DNA of 64,000 nucleotides from an uncultured Gammaproteobacteria bacterium (GTDB lineage Bacteria; Pseudomonadota; Gammaproteobacteria; JAGOUU01): NCBI GenBank assembly GCA_964353115.1, contig CAYGUI010000001.1, positions 13,417 to 77,416 of the forward strand, read 5' to 3'. Shown piece by piece: positions 62,581 to 64,000 of this stretch (position 1 is its first letter; each line of letters starts with the position of its first letter). The notes under the pieces were generated by a model. It saw only the letters and a program-made list of their open reading frames with translations, ran no database searches and was not told where the DNA came from. The position numbers and the translations under genes were made by a program.

Positions 62581-63516
62581 ATGGTAAATAAACAAATATC
62601 AATTGCTCCAATGATGGGTTATACCCACCGCCATTTCCGCTTTTTTATGCGGCTGGTTGCGCCGCGCGCTAAGCTTTTTACAGAAATGGTTGTCGCAAAC
62701 GGGTTATTTTATCAGAATAAAGACAAATTATTAAACTTTAATTCAGCTGAGCATCCAATTGCTCTACAGCTTGGCGGTAGTAATCCGGAATATTTGGCTC
62801 GAGCAGCTAAAATAGCTGAAGACTATGGTTATGATGAAATTAACCTAAATGTCGGCTGTCCGAGTGATCGTGTGCAAAAGGCCAAAATAGGCGCTTGTTT
62901 GATGCTTGAGCCTGACTTGGTAGCTGAATGTGTTACCGCTATGAAAAATGTAGTAAATATTCCCGTTACTGTAAAAACTCGTTTGGGTGTTGATAATCAT
63001 GACAGTTATGAATTTTTATGTGATTTTATAAAAAAAATGATAGCTGTTAATGCTGATGAAATTATTTTACATGCTCGTAAAGCTTGGCTAAATGGCGTTA
63101 ATCCTAAAAAAAACCGCACCATACCTAATTTAAACTACGAACGCGTTTATCAAATTAAACAGGATTTTACTAATATTCCAATAATTATCAATGGCGGTAT
63201 TACTGATTTAAATACAGCTAAAGAAAATTTACAGCATACAGATGGCGTTATGATTGGCCGCGCGGCAGTTGATAATAGTTATTTTATTGCGGAATTATGT
63301 GCTGAAATTTTTGGAAATAAGTTAAATTCTCGAAAAAATATATTTGAAAGCTATAAGCAATATATTAATCAAGAAGCTAAAAATAATTCTAATCTATCAT
63401 ATTTATTTTCTCCGTTGATGGGTCTTTACAATGGGCAAGCTGGTGCAAAGAAATGGCGTGAAGCGGTAGCGTCAAAAAATTTGAAAAAAATAGAAGAATT
63501 GGATTTTTTAAACTAA
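62581..63516 (+). CDS. dusA: tRNA-dihydrouridine synthase A
   Basis: ISIAPMMGYTHRHFR N-terminus and TIM-barrel Dus motifs (NLNVGCPS catalytic Cys). Confidence 0.85.
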   Translation: MVNKQISIAPMMGYTHRHFRFFMRLVAPRAKLFTEMVVANGLFYQNKDKLLNFNSAEHPIALQLGGSNPEYLARAAKIAEDYGYDEINLNVGCPSDRVQKAKIGACLMLEPDLVAECVTAMKNVVNIPVTVKTRLGVDNHDSYEFLCDFIKKMIAVNADEIILHARKAWLNGVNPKKNRTIPNLNYERVYQIKQDFTNIPIIINGGITDLNTAKENLQHTDGVMIGRAAVDNSYFIAELCAEIFGNKLNSRKNIFESYKQYINQEAKNNSNLSYLFSPLMGLYNGQAGAKKWREAVASKNLKKIEELDFLN

Positions 63517-63525
63517 AATTACGTT

Positions 63526-64000
63526 ATGAAAATCCACATCCTCGGCGTAGCCGGCACCTTCATGGCAGGTGTTGCACAACTTGCGCAAGAACTTGGTCAT
63601 GAAGTCACGGGCTCTGATATTGGATTTTATTCTCCCATGCGCGAGCAGCTGCAAAAATCAGGGGTGAAAACTTGTCAAGGATATAATATTTCTGATTTAC
63701 CACAAAATGTAGATTTAGTTATTATTGGTAATGCTCTAAGTCGTGGCAACGAAGTAGTGGAGTATATCTTAAATAATAATATTAATTATATTTCTGGTCC
63801 TGAATGGATTTATCGCTATGTTTTATATAATAAAAAAGTTATAGCGGTGTCAGGAACTCATGGTAAAACATCTACTACTAGTTTAATAGCTTGGCTGTTA
63901 GAAGCATTAGGTTTTGATCCTGGTTTTTTAATCGGTGGCGTGGCTAATAATTTTGAGAGTACTGCACGGCTTGGTGGGGGTGAATATTTTGTTATTGAAT
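63526..64000 (+). CDS. mpl: UDP-N-acetylmuramate:L-alanyl-gamma-D-glutamyl-meso-diaminopimelate ligase, 3'-truncated by window edge
   Basis: MKIHILGVAGTFMAGVAQLAQELGHEVTGSD... and VSGTHGKTSTTS P-loop of the Mur-ligase family. No stop codon before the window end. Confidence 0.85.
   Translation, partial: MKIHILGVAGTFMAGVAQLAQELGHEVTGSDIGFYSPMREQLQKSGVKTCQGYNISDLPQNVDLVIIGNALSRGNEVVEYILNNNINYISGPEWIYRYVLYNKKVIAVSGTHGKTSTTSLIAWLLEALGFDPGFLIGGVANNFESTARLGGGEYFVIE

Noticed and set aside
1-64000. rRNA or tRNA genes
   Set aside because: No intergenic region large enough; no cloverleaf-compatible sequence or conserved 16S/23S stretches were recognised on either strand.

Overview
This 64-kb window looks like chromosomal DNA from a very AT-rich gammaproteobacterium. 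Conserved E. coli-like gene orders support that assignment: ribF-ileS-lspA, leuS-lptE-holA-nadD-rsfS-rlmH, folK-pcnB, rpsP-rimM-trmD-rplS and sdhCDAB/sucABCD. The housekeeping backbone includes rplQ, queE, the aa3-type cytochrome oxidase operon (coxB-coxA-ctaG-coxC), aguAB, adk, hemH, emrAB, ald, gltA, sdhCDAB, sucABCD, the rpsP operon, xerD, dsbC, murJ, ribF, ileS, lspA, leuS, a phoPQ-like two-component system, ppa, dusA and mpl. Several accessory genes are interspersed and resemble host-targeted effectors of vacuolar intracellular bacteria; assigning the organism to a Legionellales-type lifestyle is inference from that gene content only. The effector-like genes are: a protein ending in a eukaryotic CaaX farnesylation box (CSIM); a NADAR-domain protein next to a lipase-class-3 protein; two proteins with bilobed hydrophobic hairpins, one proline-rich and translationally coupled to phoP; and a Ser/Pro-rich disordered protein inside a four-gene insertion that splits sdhB from sucA. 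A family of short palindromic repeats (core ATTCCCGC-N4-GCGGGAAT, often with 18-21-bp tandem sub-repeats) occurs at six loci. One copy is inserted in frame inside hemH, adding (RGNDGL)x3, and another supplies the last codons and the stop of ribF. The right end is IS-rich. Two identical 1179-bp IS3-family copies in direct orientation flank an S9 peptidase gene, one copy inserted into an IS200/IS605-type tnpB, and a GC-rich block of tandem hairpins follows. No rRNA, tRNA or CRISPR array was found.
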